Source of the DNA: a virus
IMG/VR virus record: IMGVR_UViG_3300017991_000051
Location: 64,001-128,000 of that record
Length of the DNA: 64,000 bases
Reading direction: 5' to 3' (one strand)
The first letter of the stretch is position 1; each line of letters starts with the position of its first letter. This document shows, piece after piece, positions 1-8,728 of the stretch. The notes under the pieces were generated by a model. It worked only from the letters and a program-made list of their open reading frames with translations. It did not search any database and had not been told where the DNA came from. The translations under genes and the position numbers were made by a program.

Positions 1-59
1 GGCTTACCTTAATCTCGCCGGGCCCAAACCATCCGAGCCACATGCGCCACCACCATCTT

Positions 60-317
60 TCAAAGCTGTTCATTCTTCCTCTCCTGTTGTTTCTTCCACT
101 CACGCATACGATCATGCGCGATACCCACAGTTGCCATCGTCATTTTCTCCCGCAGGGTATCCCACGGGATATCCGTGAACACGAACATCCGATTGCGTTC
201 CTGTTCCAGTTTGAATTCCGCCTTCTCGTCGGACGTGACCGCCTTGCACAGTTGCTCGAGCGTCTTATCGAACTTCGCGTCCCCTATATGAATACTGTAC
301 CATTGTCTGTCAGCCAT
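60..317 (-). CDS. hypothetical protein (85 aa)
   Basis: Overlaps the stop of the upstream minus-strand gene (coupled); no recognisable motif. Confidence 0.6.
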   Translation of the reverse strand: MADRQWYSIHIGDAKFDKTLEQLCKAVTSDEKAEFKLEQERNRMFVFTDIPWDTLREKMTMATVGIAHDRMREWKKQQERKNEQL

Positions 318-1176
318 TTTTCTTCATGTCCTTTACGACCTTGTCAATCCTCTTCAACAGATCCCCGCGGTCGTCGTCCCGCGAGTACCATTTGAGCGCT
401 GAGCCAACCAGCGCAACGACGTCACTCAAATCGTCGAGCTTGTCCCGGTCGACGAGGCGTGACCTTATATCGTTCTCACGCATCCCGATCAACGCCGGGA
501 TGGGTATGTTGAGCGTAGCAGATACCGCCCGGAGGACTTCTGCGCCCCCGGGCCCCCCCGCTGCCTCGTCACCCGTCACCTTCGCAACCGCACGTGACAA
601 CTCCCACCCAAGCGCGTTAACGCGATCCTGGATAGCGCAGTTGTCCTCCAAATCGACGCGGTCCCTGAGCTGGCGGACTTTCCGTGCCGTGAAAGCACCG
701 GACATGAGTAACGCCTGCACATTGATCGTATCCCAACCGTCGCCGGCCAAGACCTTGGGGGTCTTCACCGTATACCAGCTGTCGGGACCGCGCACGAAAA
801 GTCCTGCCTTCTCCGGTATATCCGCCTTCTTCAGCAGCCCCTTAGGCGCCGCGAAGTAGAACCGCGTACAGTACGGGAGGTACCGCATCCACTTATCCTT
901 CCGGAAACTCGAGTTGAAGTCCGACCGCGATACCTTGATATCGTAGATCGTAGGTGCCGGACGTGTATACGACTTGTTGAGCGTAAGCACGTCAGGCACC
1001 GAGACCTCTCCCCGTGTCAGCCACCGACTATCTACTCCGGACTCCGCGAACACGATCTTGTCGTCGAACATGAACGTCGCCAAGTCCCTGAGCAGCGTAT
1101 GGTGTTGCCACTGCGGGCCCTCATACTCCGGCTTCTTTTCCTTCTTACGCGGCAAGGGTAACTCCCATCTTCTCAC
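310..1176 (-). CDS. MmcB-like PD-(D/E)xK nuclease-family protein
   Basis: VPDVL...YDIKVSRSDF...KW..YLPYCTRFYFAAP.GL....IP..AGL matches the MmcB/DUF1052 pattern. Confidence 0.75.
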   Translation of the reverse strand: MRRWELPLPRKKEKKPEYEGPQWQHHTLLRDLATFMFDDKIVFAESGVDSRWLTRGEVSVPDVLTLNKSYTRPAPTIYDIKVSRSDFNSSFRKDKWMRYLPYCTRFYFAAPKGLLKKADIPEKAGLFVRGPDSWYTVKTPKVLAGDGWDTINVQALLMSGAFTARKVRQLRDRVDLEDNCAIQDRVNALGWELSRAVAKVTGDEAAGGPGGAEVLRAVSATLNIPIPALIGMRENDIRSRLVDRDKLDDLSDVVALVGSALKWYSRDDDRGDLLKRIDKVVKDMKKNG

Positions 1177-2242
1177 GCCATTCGGCGAGCACCTTATCCG
1201 TGTCCGGCCGTTTCAGCAGGTCCGTCAGGAACTGATGCTCTCTCGACGTCGGCGGATGATACTTCTGGATACAGCTCTCCATCGTCTGGTGCTCCGTCGT
1301 CGCCTGCGCCTTGCCGTCATCCCACACAATACGGGAGGAGACAGGCTTTGGCCACAGGTAGGCGCGGCCGGCGATGGCCGCCTCCAGACGTGGTACCACA
1401 TCCAGTACCTCCGCCAGGTACTCAACGACTACGACGGGCTGCTGGTTGTCCACGTCCGGCTCCAGCTTAGCCTCCGTGAGGATGCCAACCACTGCGTCCA
1501 GCTCCGATGCTTGATTGATCGTGTACTTGATGTACTGCCGGCTCTTCAGCGGGATCCGCTCCACGGAGAGTCCCGCGATATCATGATGTTTAACGTCCAA
1601 GAACGACTTCTCAGTCGGCTCATCGATCTTACACAAGTACATGGATCCACTATACCACCCACGTCCGCCCGGTATGCCGAAGGTCACGGGCTCGTGGAAG
1701 TCGCCGAGGAACAGATACTTGATCGTCGACGGCAGGCAACTGGCATCGAAATCCCAACGCCCCTCCATGGGGAACACCTCGCGCGCCAGCTGATGGCCTA
1801 CCAAGCCAACCGCCGTCGACGGGATGTTGAGATCGTTCTTGATCACCTCCGGGTTGGCTATACGATCGAACGCATAGAACTCGGGGCCGTCTGGGATGGG
1901 ATGGAACGTTTTACCGCTGACGTACTGTACGTATGAGTGCAGAGACACAGGCCACGGCGGTGTCGCCATGTCGTGCTGTCCCTGAATCGCGTACACGGGC
2001 AGCTCGTTCTCCTCCATAGTATCCATACTGGCGCGGAATACCTCGACGGACCGGGAGTCCGGGTGTTCGCTGTTGAACAGGTCGCCCATCATCATCAGCG
2101 CGCGGTTATGCTGCACGCAGTAGGCGATAATCTGGACGAGCGCACTATACGCATCGCCATGTATCTCAGGACGCCGCGCCCACGTCTGCGGACGTAGATG
2201 CTGGTCACCCGAGAAGACGCACCCTTCTATCTTCTTGCTCAT
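1145..2242 (-). CDS. SbcD/Mre11-like DNA repair exonuclease (metallophosphoesterase)
   Basis: Motifs GDQH, GDLF, GQHD, GHQ, LGDFH, YSGS; 365 aa. Confidence 0.85.
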   Translation of the reverse strand: MSKKIEGCVFSGDQHLRPQTWARRPEIHGDAYSALVQIIAYCVQHNRALMMMGDLFNSEHPDSRSVEVFRASMDTMEENELPVYAIQGQHDMATPPWPVSLHSYVQYVSGKTFHPIPDGPEFYAFDRIANPEVIKNDLNIPSTAVGLVGHQLAREVFPMEGRWDFDASCLPSTIKYLFLGDFHEPVTFGIPGGRGWYSGSMYLCKIDEPTEKSFLDVKHHDIAGLSVERIPLKSRQYIKYTINQASELDAVVGILTEAKLEPDVDNQQPVVVVEYLAEVLDVVPRLEAAIAGRAYLWPKPVSSRIVWDDGKAQATTEHQTMESCIQKYHPPTSREHQFLTDLLKRPDTDKVLAEWREKMGVTLAA

Positions 2243-3128
2243 ATACCTTCCTCTTCTGGAACCTGATTGTATGTTGTTTCAGTTTGGTAAATCCGTGCTC
2301 GCGCGCAATAAGCCCCTCGAACGCCGTGTGCAGCCGCATCAGGCTGCTGGCGGGGAGCGTGTTGTACAACAGTGCCGGCGGGTAATCCATATACTCAGCC
2401 AGGATCTGCTGCAGCGCATCCTCCGTCGCCGGATAGTATTTCCAGCTTCCTGCAACGCCCAGTTTCTCGCGGGCGTCCCACAATTCGTCCTTGTCTTCCT
2501 TGAGCGCGACGATCACCGCGTTCGCCACCCATATGTGCGGCGCCGCGGTCAGCTGCCGCGGAAGCGAGAGGACTTTGTCGCACTTCCACGTATTCCATCG
2601 GGAATCGTATAGCCGTGTAAGGCACTCGCGTACCTCATCGATCTGCTCCTCACACGGTATCGGATCGTCCGCGAACGGCGTGGCTATGATCCTTAGTACC
2701 GCCAGCTGAGACCCGTACTGGAGTACGGATCTCAGCGTGCAGTATGTTTTCAACAGTCTTCGATACCAGCAGCCTGGACATAACCAGTACCGCTGGCAGG
2801 TGTGATGTACGACGTTACCGTTCTCAGCGCGTTCAGTGACGTTGGGGAGACTGCAGCCGAGCATCCTGCTCACCACATGCTCCGGCAGCATCTTGGATAT
2901 ACGGCCGACCGCCTTGCGGAAGTACGTCCGGCTTACCAATCGCTCCCGTGCCATCGTCGCAAAGTAGCCGTTGTGTATCTGCACCGCCTCCTCCAGCTCA
3001 GCCGTCGGATGCGTTACCAGCTGCTTTACCTGCGCATGCCCATAATGAATCCGGCCGTAAACCGCTCGATGCAGTTTCCGGTGGTATGGTTGCGCGTCCT
3101 TGACGCCGATGACGATAACGTTCGACAT
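2205..3128 (-). CDS. hypothetical protein with C-x4-LCPGC zinc motif
   Basis: 307 aa ORF in operon context; TCQRYWLCPGCW. Confidence 0.65.
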   Translation of the reverse strand: MSNVIVIGVKDAQPYHRKLHRAVYGRIHYGHAQVKQLVTHPTAELEEAVQIHNGYFATMARERLVSRTYFRKAVGRISKMLPEHVVSRMLGCSLPNVTERAENGNVVHHTCQRYWLCPGCWYRRLLKTYCTLRSVLQYGSQLAVLRIIATPFADDPIPCEEQIDEVRECLTRLYDSRWNTWKCDKVLSLPRQLTAAPHIWVANAVIVALKEDKDELWDAREKLGVAGSWKYYPATEDALQQILAEYMDYPPALLYNTLPASSLMRLHTAFEGLIAREHGFTKLKQHTIRFQKRKVYEQEDRRVRLLG

Positions 3129-3131
3129 TCG

Positions 3132-3392
3132 TTATGCTCGCAACCGCTCTCTCGCGGCCTGTACCATCACACGTGCATCCGCCAGCATGGACTTGGCAGC
3201 GACCACGCTGTACGTCACCACCTTTACGAGGATCGGAAACGTCGACATGGCTACGGCTGCCACCAAGATGGGGATGGCTATGAAATCAACGGCGTACTGC
3301 AGAAACCATCCGATGACGAGAGCCACGGATGCCATACGCAGTACCAGTACGCTAAGGCGTTCGTTATCAACTTGAGGGTTGCTTGTGTACAT
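3132..3392 (-). CDS. small membrane protein
   Basis: GGAGG SD before ATG 3392; two hydrophobic segments. Confidence 0.65.
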   Translation of the reverse strand: MYTSNPQVDNERLSVLVLRMASVALVIGWFLQYAVDFIAIPILVAAVAMSTFPILVKVVTYSVVAAKSMLADARVMVQAARERLRA

Positions 3393-3717
3393 TATCCTCC
3401 TCCTTCTTCTTATCAGATGTGTCATCGATCGCTGTCTGCTTGTGAAGCTGCTGGACGGTCTCGAGCAACAACGAGCCGAGATGGTGTGACATCTTCGGCA
3501 ACTGCACCTGCATACCAGTCGTGGTCACAAATGCGTCCCCATCCGGTTGACACCGCCAGACGCCGACTGGCAACGACGCTCCCGCCGAGGGCGGAAGGTC
3601 CCAGTCTACGATGATGGCAATGGAACGGATTTCCCTGTGCTGCTTGATTAACCGATCAGCCGACTCCTCCAGCTCACGAACGATGATTTGATCGAATCGC
3701 TCGGTCTTGTCGGTCAT
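3367..3717 (-). CDS. hypothetical protein
   Basis: GGAGG SD upstream of ATG 3717 (MTDKTERF). Confidence 0.65.
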   Translation of the reverse strand: MTDKTERFDQIIVRELEESADRLIKQHREIRSIAIIVDWDLPPSAGASLPVGVWRCQPDGDAFVTTTGMQVQLPKMSHHLGSLLLETVQQLHKQTAIDDTSDKKKEEDNVHKQPSS

Positions 3718-3910
3718 GGTGTGTGGTTCCTCCTCCACAGTCGTCACTACTAACACCGCTGAATACGATGTTGATAGCCACGATGATGATGACTGATCCG
3801 CATAACAGAAGCCCTCCCGTCGCTCGCGCGCTTGGCACGAAAAGAAGGACCAAGCCGATCAGCATCAGCATGGCGATAATGTAGTTCAGTTGCGGTGGCA
3901 AGTCAAACAT
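3674..3910 (-). CDS. small 2-TM membrane protein
   Basis: Two long hydrophobic stretches; tightly packed operon. Confidence 0.6.
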   Translation of the reverse strand: MFDLPPQLNYIIAMLMLIGLVLLFVPSARATGGLLLCGSVIIIVAINIVFSGVSSDDCGGGTTHHDRQDRAIRSNHRS

Positions 3911-3914
3911 TTTA

Positions 3915-4103
3915 TCATCTTTCTTCTGTAACGACCTTCGTGCCCGGGGACTCCACAGGACGCAGTCTCGGCGCGGGCGTAACCGGCCGGGTGTGCGGAT
4001 GCAAAGTACCCATCCGGTACGTCGGTCGGGGTAGTTGTGGTGTTGGTATGATCTTCTTCCGTTGAAGATAATGCGTAACGCTCCGATTAAGATGTACGCT
4101 CAT
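3915..4103 (-). CDS. hypothetical Pro/Arg-rich protein
   Basis: AAGGAGG SD upstream of ATG 4103. Confidence 0.55.
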   Translation of the reverse strand: MSVHLNRSVTHYLQRKKIIPTPQLPRPTYRMGTLHPHTRPVTPAPRLRPVESPGTKVVTEER

Positions 4104-4132
4104 GACGTCCCTCCTTATGGTAAGAGGTTATC

Positions 4133-4267
4133 CTATGCAGCACCCAGAAGTCGAGCAAATCCGTTGAGAATTAACTTGATCAGGTAGGCGAATGCACGTA
4201 TTATGGGTTCGATGATGCCCTTCCACAGGGCACGTAGCCAGCATTGATAGAATTCTACGTCTGTCAT
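4133..4267 (-). CDS. small hydrophobic/amphipathic protein (44 aa), probably near-leaderless
   Basis: ATG 4267 lies 9 nt after a TATAAT box; MTDVEFYQCWLRALWKGIIEPIIRAFAYLIKLIL. Confidence 0.45.
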   Translation of the reverse strand: MTDVEFYQCWLRALWKGIIEPIIRAFAYLIKLILNGFARLLGAA

Positions 4268-4276
4268 TTTGGCTCT

Positions 4277-4285
4277 ATTATAGCA
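4277..4285 (-). promoter_or_regulatory. extended -10 sigma70-type promoter for the leftward operon
   Basis: TGcTATAAT on the minus strand, at the head of the 60-4267 operon. Confidence 0.6.
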
Positions 4286-6138
4286 TGAATGCCGATATTG
4301 AAAGCAAGAAATCGGCTGAAACACCGGAGGAGGTATTTCAAGCCGCGCGAGCGTTGCTACACGCAACGACTGTGTCCGATGGTGATTTTAACTCAACTCA
4401 TTACAACTCTCATGTTGATGCGTTGGCTACACTGTACGCGACAGGCAAGCTGGCATCGCTGGTCCCCATCCTCCCGCTGTTGCTGAAGCTCAAGGGCCAA
4501 CCATACAGTCTGCGCAACCACTTTCCAATGGAGCCGATGTTCTCTCTCAAGATGCCTCGTAGTTTCGTGTTCAAGTGCGGGCGGCAGGTATCAAAGAGTA
4601 CCACGCTCGGAGCACAAGGCTGTATCCAAGCCGCCGTCATCCCGTACTTTTCTTCGTTATACGTCGCGCCCCGCTTTGAGCAGACGCGACGCTTCTCCAA
4701 CAATTACGTAAAGCCTTTCCTCATCAACACACCGCTGGGCGACGCCATCCTCTCGAAGAAGGACGAGCAATCCGTGCTCCAGCGGTCGTTCAGAAACGGT
4801 TCGACACTCCACTTCTCATTCGCCTTCCTCGATCCCGACCGTGTCCGTGGTATCTCCGCCGACCAGTGCCGGTACGACGAGGTACAGGACTTGGACACGG
4901 ACTTCATCCCCATCATCAACGAAACGCTGTCCGCCAGTGAGTACGATATGCGGCAGTACACCGGCACGCCGAAGACCTTCGACAACACCCTGCAGGGGCT
5001 ATGGGAGCGATCGTCGCAGGCGGAGTGGATCATCCAATGCAGTTGCGGCTACTGGAACATCGCCACCGTCGAGTTCGATCTCCTGCGGATGATCCAGAAG
5101 AACGGCCTCAGCTGCGCAAAGTGCGATCGCTTGATCGACTCATCGACCGGTCACTGGGAACACCGGTTCCCGGAGAAGCGGTTCACCTACGCCGGCTACC
5201 ACGTCCCGCAGCCGGTGATGCCCATGCACTACCTCCCCAACCCGAAGACGGGGATGATGGACAAATGGGCCGACCTGTGGGCGGCGAAGAACACGCTGAC
5301 GAAAGCCGAGCTGTACAACGAAAAACTGGGTGAATCGTGCGATGTTCGGGTCAGCCTCGTCACGAAGACCGACCTGCAGAGCGCTTCGGTACTTAGGCAC
5401 GCCAATGAGTATAAGGCGGCGCTGAAGCTGCGGGACCAGTATACCACGTGCACAATGGGCGTCGACTGGGGCGGTGGCGGAGAGAAGGGCATCAGCCACA
5501 CGGCTATCGCCATCCTCGGCCACAGGCCCAATGGACAAATCGATGTCATCTACGGAGAGCGCCTTGTCAATATAACGGATCCGGCGGAGGAGGTCGCACT
5601 CATCCTCCACTACTACCGCGCGTTCCGCTGCTCCCTCCTCGCTCACGACTTCTGCGGGGCTGGCGCTATACGGGAAACGCTCCTGATTCAGGCCGGCTTC
5701 CCCATACGGCAGGTGTTTAACGCCGCCTACGTGCGGGCTACGGCCGCCGCCATGGTCACCTTCAAGCCACCTACCGGCTCGTCCGCGCGCTGGCAGTATA
5801 CGGTTGATAAGGCGCGGAGTCTCGTCCTCCTCTGCCAGCTGATCAAGCACGGCCATTATCGCTTCCCGCGCTTTGAAACATGGGAGAGTTTGGCCGATGA
5901 CTTCCTCGCGCTGGTGGAGGATAAGCACTCGATGGCTCGCGGCGCGGACATCTATCTCGTCACCTGCAAGGCGAACCGTTCAGACGACTTCGCACACGCC
6001 GTCAACTACGCGTCGCTGTGCCAGTGGCATGTCACGAGGAAATATCCGGACTTGGCGTCCAGGATTGGGATCCGGATTACTGCGGCGCAAGAAGCTGAGC
6101 TGAGTCCGGAAGATCTTGGTGCGACGGAAACGCTTTAA
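4285..6138 (+). CDS. terL: terminase large subunit (lambda GpA-type)
   Basis: Walker A KCGRQVSKST, Walker B RGISADQCRYDEVQD, GTPKT coupling motif, CSC..CAKC zinc site, RNase H-like MGVDWGGGG and DDFAHAVNY; exact start uncertain. Confidence 0.9.
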   Translation: MNADIESKKSAETPEEVFQAARALLHATTVSDGDFNSTHYNSHVDALATLYATGKLASLVPILPLLLKLKGQPYSLRNHFPMEPMFSLKMPRSFVFKCGRQVSKSTTLGAQGCIQAAVIPYFSSLYVAPRFEQTRRFSNNYVKPFLINTPLGDAILSKKDEQSVLQRSFRNGSTLHFSFAFLDPDRVRGISADQCRYDEVQDLDTDFIPIINETLSASEYDMRQYTGTPKTFDNTLQGLWERSSQAEWIIQCSCGYWNIATVEFDLLRMIQKNGLSCAKCDRLIDSSTGHWEHRFPEKRFTYAGYHVPQPVMPMHYLPNPKTGMMDKWADLWAAKNTLTKAELYNEKLGESCDVRVSLVTKTDLQSASVLRHANEYKAALKLRDQYTTCTMGVDWGGGGEKGISHTAIAILGHRPNGQIDVIYGERLVNITDPAEEVALILHYYRAFRCSLLAHDFCGAGAIRETLLIQAGFPIRQVFNAAYVRATAAAMVTFKPPTGSSARWQYTVDKARSLVLLCQLIKHGHYRFPRFETWESLADDFLALVEDKHSMARGADIYLVTCKANRSDDFAHAVNYASLCQWHVTRKYPDLASRIGIRITAAQEAELSPEDLGATETL

Positions 6139-8728
6139 CGATCCACTGGTTCCACGCTGTCGGCCGGATATACACGTAGCGCTCCTGCACGCTCTGTAAC
6201 GCACCGGCGTTGTCGAACGCCTCCAAGAACACATCGTTATCCGGCAGCTCGTACCCCAAGCTTGTCAGCGTCTTCAGCAGGGTCTGCAGGCGCAGCCCCA
6301 CCGGCTCACCCTTCTTCTTCGCAAAGCGTATAATGGACCATCGTGACTTAGGAAACTGTCCGCGATGCTTCCCGATCAAGCGCATGAGGGTAAGAATCAG
6401 GCGGTACGACGCCGAGTAGTTGCTGTCGTCATCACCATAGGTAAGAAGCCCGTCAGCCTCCACCAGCACGCTGATATCGAATTCCTTATACGTATCAGCC
6501 GCCCACGCGCTAAGGCTGTTGAATACGGCCTTCAACGTGGATTGACGGACCGGCAGGTTATGGTCATGATACTGTAACCACTTCAGATAGTAGCTGATGA
6601 TGGAGTCACCGCCGTCGAAAGCGCTCCCGTTGTAGGTCAGCTTCTCCATCCCAGACATAAACACCCAGTTCTCGTACAAGGATCCGGTGGTCACGACCTG
6701 CTTCGACACGGGGATGATGACGTTCGCCTGCGTACCCGTCTTCAGCCACGAACGAATCGTCTTCACGTATGCGGGAGCCGCATCCACCACCACCGGTACC
6801 GGATGCTCCGCGGCCGCCGCCTCCGCGGCTTTAACGTCCCCCGTGCGCGTCAGCCGGAACGTTCTGAGGTTGAACTTCTCCACAAACCAACGTATGACGG
6901 GATGCCTATGCGCCGTCGGCGTCGCTACGCCCATGCTGATCATGGGCCAGTTCTTCAACGAGCTGAGAAGGTTGTGCGCGATGACGGCCAACACCGCCCA
7001 ATGAGCTGCCGTCACCCCGTCGTTAGACATGATACACTTCTTCGGCGCAAGCTTCTCGGCGTATGTCAGTCCCGAGCAGGGCAGATCCAGCGGCGCTGAA
7101 AACGCCTGCAGCTGCTCTACACTGCCCTCCCGCACGCGGAAGTTGGGGAACGACCACCACTCCTGCTTAGCGTTCCAGCCGATCGTTTCGTCGACGATGG
7201 TGATCGCCGGCTGGTAGATCAGCTTCCCGATGTCGTACAGCTTGTGCTGCCACGAGCGATGTATGTAGGATGTCCCAGCGCCGGCGTCCAATACCGTGTT
7301 CTCGACCCACTCGGCCGGCTTCTTCGTTATAGTCCGTACGTCCTCGTCGAACGGTACCTCCTTATCCCCCATCATGATCTTCCCCTGACAGCGTGTGGTA
7401 CCCGCCTTCGTATAGCGCAGGAGACGCTGGGGGATGATCTTCACCGACGAGATACGAAAGGCGTCCGACGTACCCTTGGACAGGTACAGCCCGTCATCCT
7501 TCTCCTCGATCGTCTTCCCCTCGAAATTGATGGTGCGTATAACTTGGCTGGCCGGCATCAGGTCGTGGAAGATCGTACGCTCGCGACTGTCGCAAAGTGC
7601 CAATAGCTGGTCCCTATACGCTTGGTTCAGGTCACTGGTGAGGAGCAGGCCCCGCGCCTCCGGATTGGTCTTGATGTAGTCCTTGAACACCTCAACGGCC
7701 GGCTTCGCGCTCTGTTCCATCATCGCCAGGAACTTCGCGGGTCCCGTACGCGCCAGCTTGGCCGTGATCTTCTTCGGGTCCTCTTCCGGATGCCACGTGG
7801 GTGCCGTCGCGATCATGGCATTCGACCGGCCTAACCGGAAGATATTCTGGAACATCTCCACACTCGGACGCCAGTCCCAGAAGATGATACGTGAGGCGTC
7901 GAGCACATTCCACGCGTAATCGGTGTTCGCACCCCACGCCACGACCGGAGGCGCGTCCGAACTACCGCGTACCACTCGGTAGTTGATGTGGATCTGGAGG
8001 GCCAGCAACGCGTCTCCCAACGCGTATACGGTGGGTGTCCCCGGCCGTATTCGGTCGAGAAACGCCAGCCCGTCGTCGTGATACTCGGTATCGCCACCGG
8101 GCCGGATGTTCAGTTCCTTGTAGTACTGCTTGCCGTGATTGGCCAGAAAATGATAGCCGCGGGCTCTCCCCGGCATGTCCTGAAACGGCACGACCAGCGC
8201 GTACCCTTTCATGCTCGTGATCGAGGACGTGGGCAGCAGCGCAACGTCTTCCTTATGCGCGCCCCCCAGCAGGCCCTCCGTCTTGACGGGGTGCCCAGTA
8301 TACGCCCCCCACGCCATCAACAGGTTTCTGACCGGCGCCTCAAGACCGTCAACACGGCCCTGTGCCGCCTCCCAGAAGCGTTTGTAGGCCTCACGTTCCG
8401 GCCACAACACGTTCACGTAGTAGTCGATAGTGGTCCGATCGGCCTGCAAAAACAGGTTCTGATCGCGCATTTCCTCTATGGCGGCCTCCACCGTCGGGAG
8501 CTGCTTGACCGTCTTGTACAGCTCGACTGGGGCGCCTACGACGCGGCAGTTCATGCAGTGATGCCAGCGCTTCTCGACCGGATCCGAACAAATGTGAAAT
8601 TCTTGCTGGTCACACGCCGGACACTTTGCTATATTTGGTGTTGAAGATGTCTTGACTTTTACGTCGATTGCGCGTAGAAAAGTATCATCGTTCACAAAGG
8701 TGTTAATTGACTTAGGAGGAACAGCCAT
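6077..8728 (-). CDS. putative primase-like replication protein (N-terminal zinc finger)
   Basis: CPAC-x15-CMNC zinc-binding domain followed by a primase-like region (LVVPFQDMPGR..G); 883 aa; GAGGT SD. Confidence 0.55.
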   Translation of the reverse strand: MAVPPKSINTFVNDDTFLRAIDVKVKTSSTPNIAKCPACDQQEFHICSDPVEKRWHHCMNCRVVGAPVELYKTVKQLPTVEAAIEEMRDQNLFLQADRTTIDYYVNVLWPEREAYKRFWEAAQGRVDGLEAPVRNLLMAWGAYTGHPVKTEGLLGGAHKEDVALLPTSSITSMKGYALVVPFQDMPGRARGYHFLANHGKQYYKELNIRPGGDTEYHDDGLAFLDRIRPGTPTVYALGDALLALQIHINYRVVRGSSDAPPVVAWGANTDYAWNVLDASRIIFWDWRPSVEMFQNIFRLGRSNAMIATAPTWHPEEDPKKITAKLARTGPAKFLAMMEQSAKPAVEVFKDYIKTNPEARGLLLTSDLNQAYRDQLLALCDSRERTIFHDLMPASQVIRTINFEGKTIEEKDDGLYLSKGTSDAFRISSVKIIPQRLLRYTKAGTTRCQGKIMMGDKEVPFDEDVRTITKKPAEWVENTVLDAGAGTSYIHRSWQHKLYDIGKLIYQPAITIVDETIGWNAKQEWWSFPNFRVREGSVEQLQAFSAPLDLPCSGLTYAEKLAPKKCIMSNDGVTAAHWAVLAVIAHNLLSSLKNWPMISMGVATPTAHRHPVIRWFVEKFNLRTFRLTRTGDVKAAEAAAAEHPVPVVVDAAPAYVKTIRSWLKTGTQANVIIPVSKQVVTTGSLYENWVFMSGMEKLTYNGSAFDGGDSIISYYLKWLQYHDHNLPVRQSTLKAVFNSLSAWAADTYKEFDISVLVEADGLLTYGDDDSNYSASYRLILTLMRLIGKHRGQFPKSRWSIIRFAKKKGEPVGLRLQTLLKTLTSLGYELPDNDVFLEAFDNAGALQSVQERYVYIRPTAWNQWIVKAFPSHQDLPDSAQLLAPQ
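8652..8680 (+). promoter_or_regulatory. possible sigma70-type promoter for 8727..10734
   Basis: TTGACT-N17-TAGAAA; weak -10. Confidence 0.3.
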
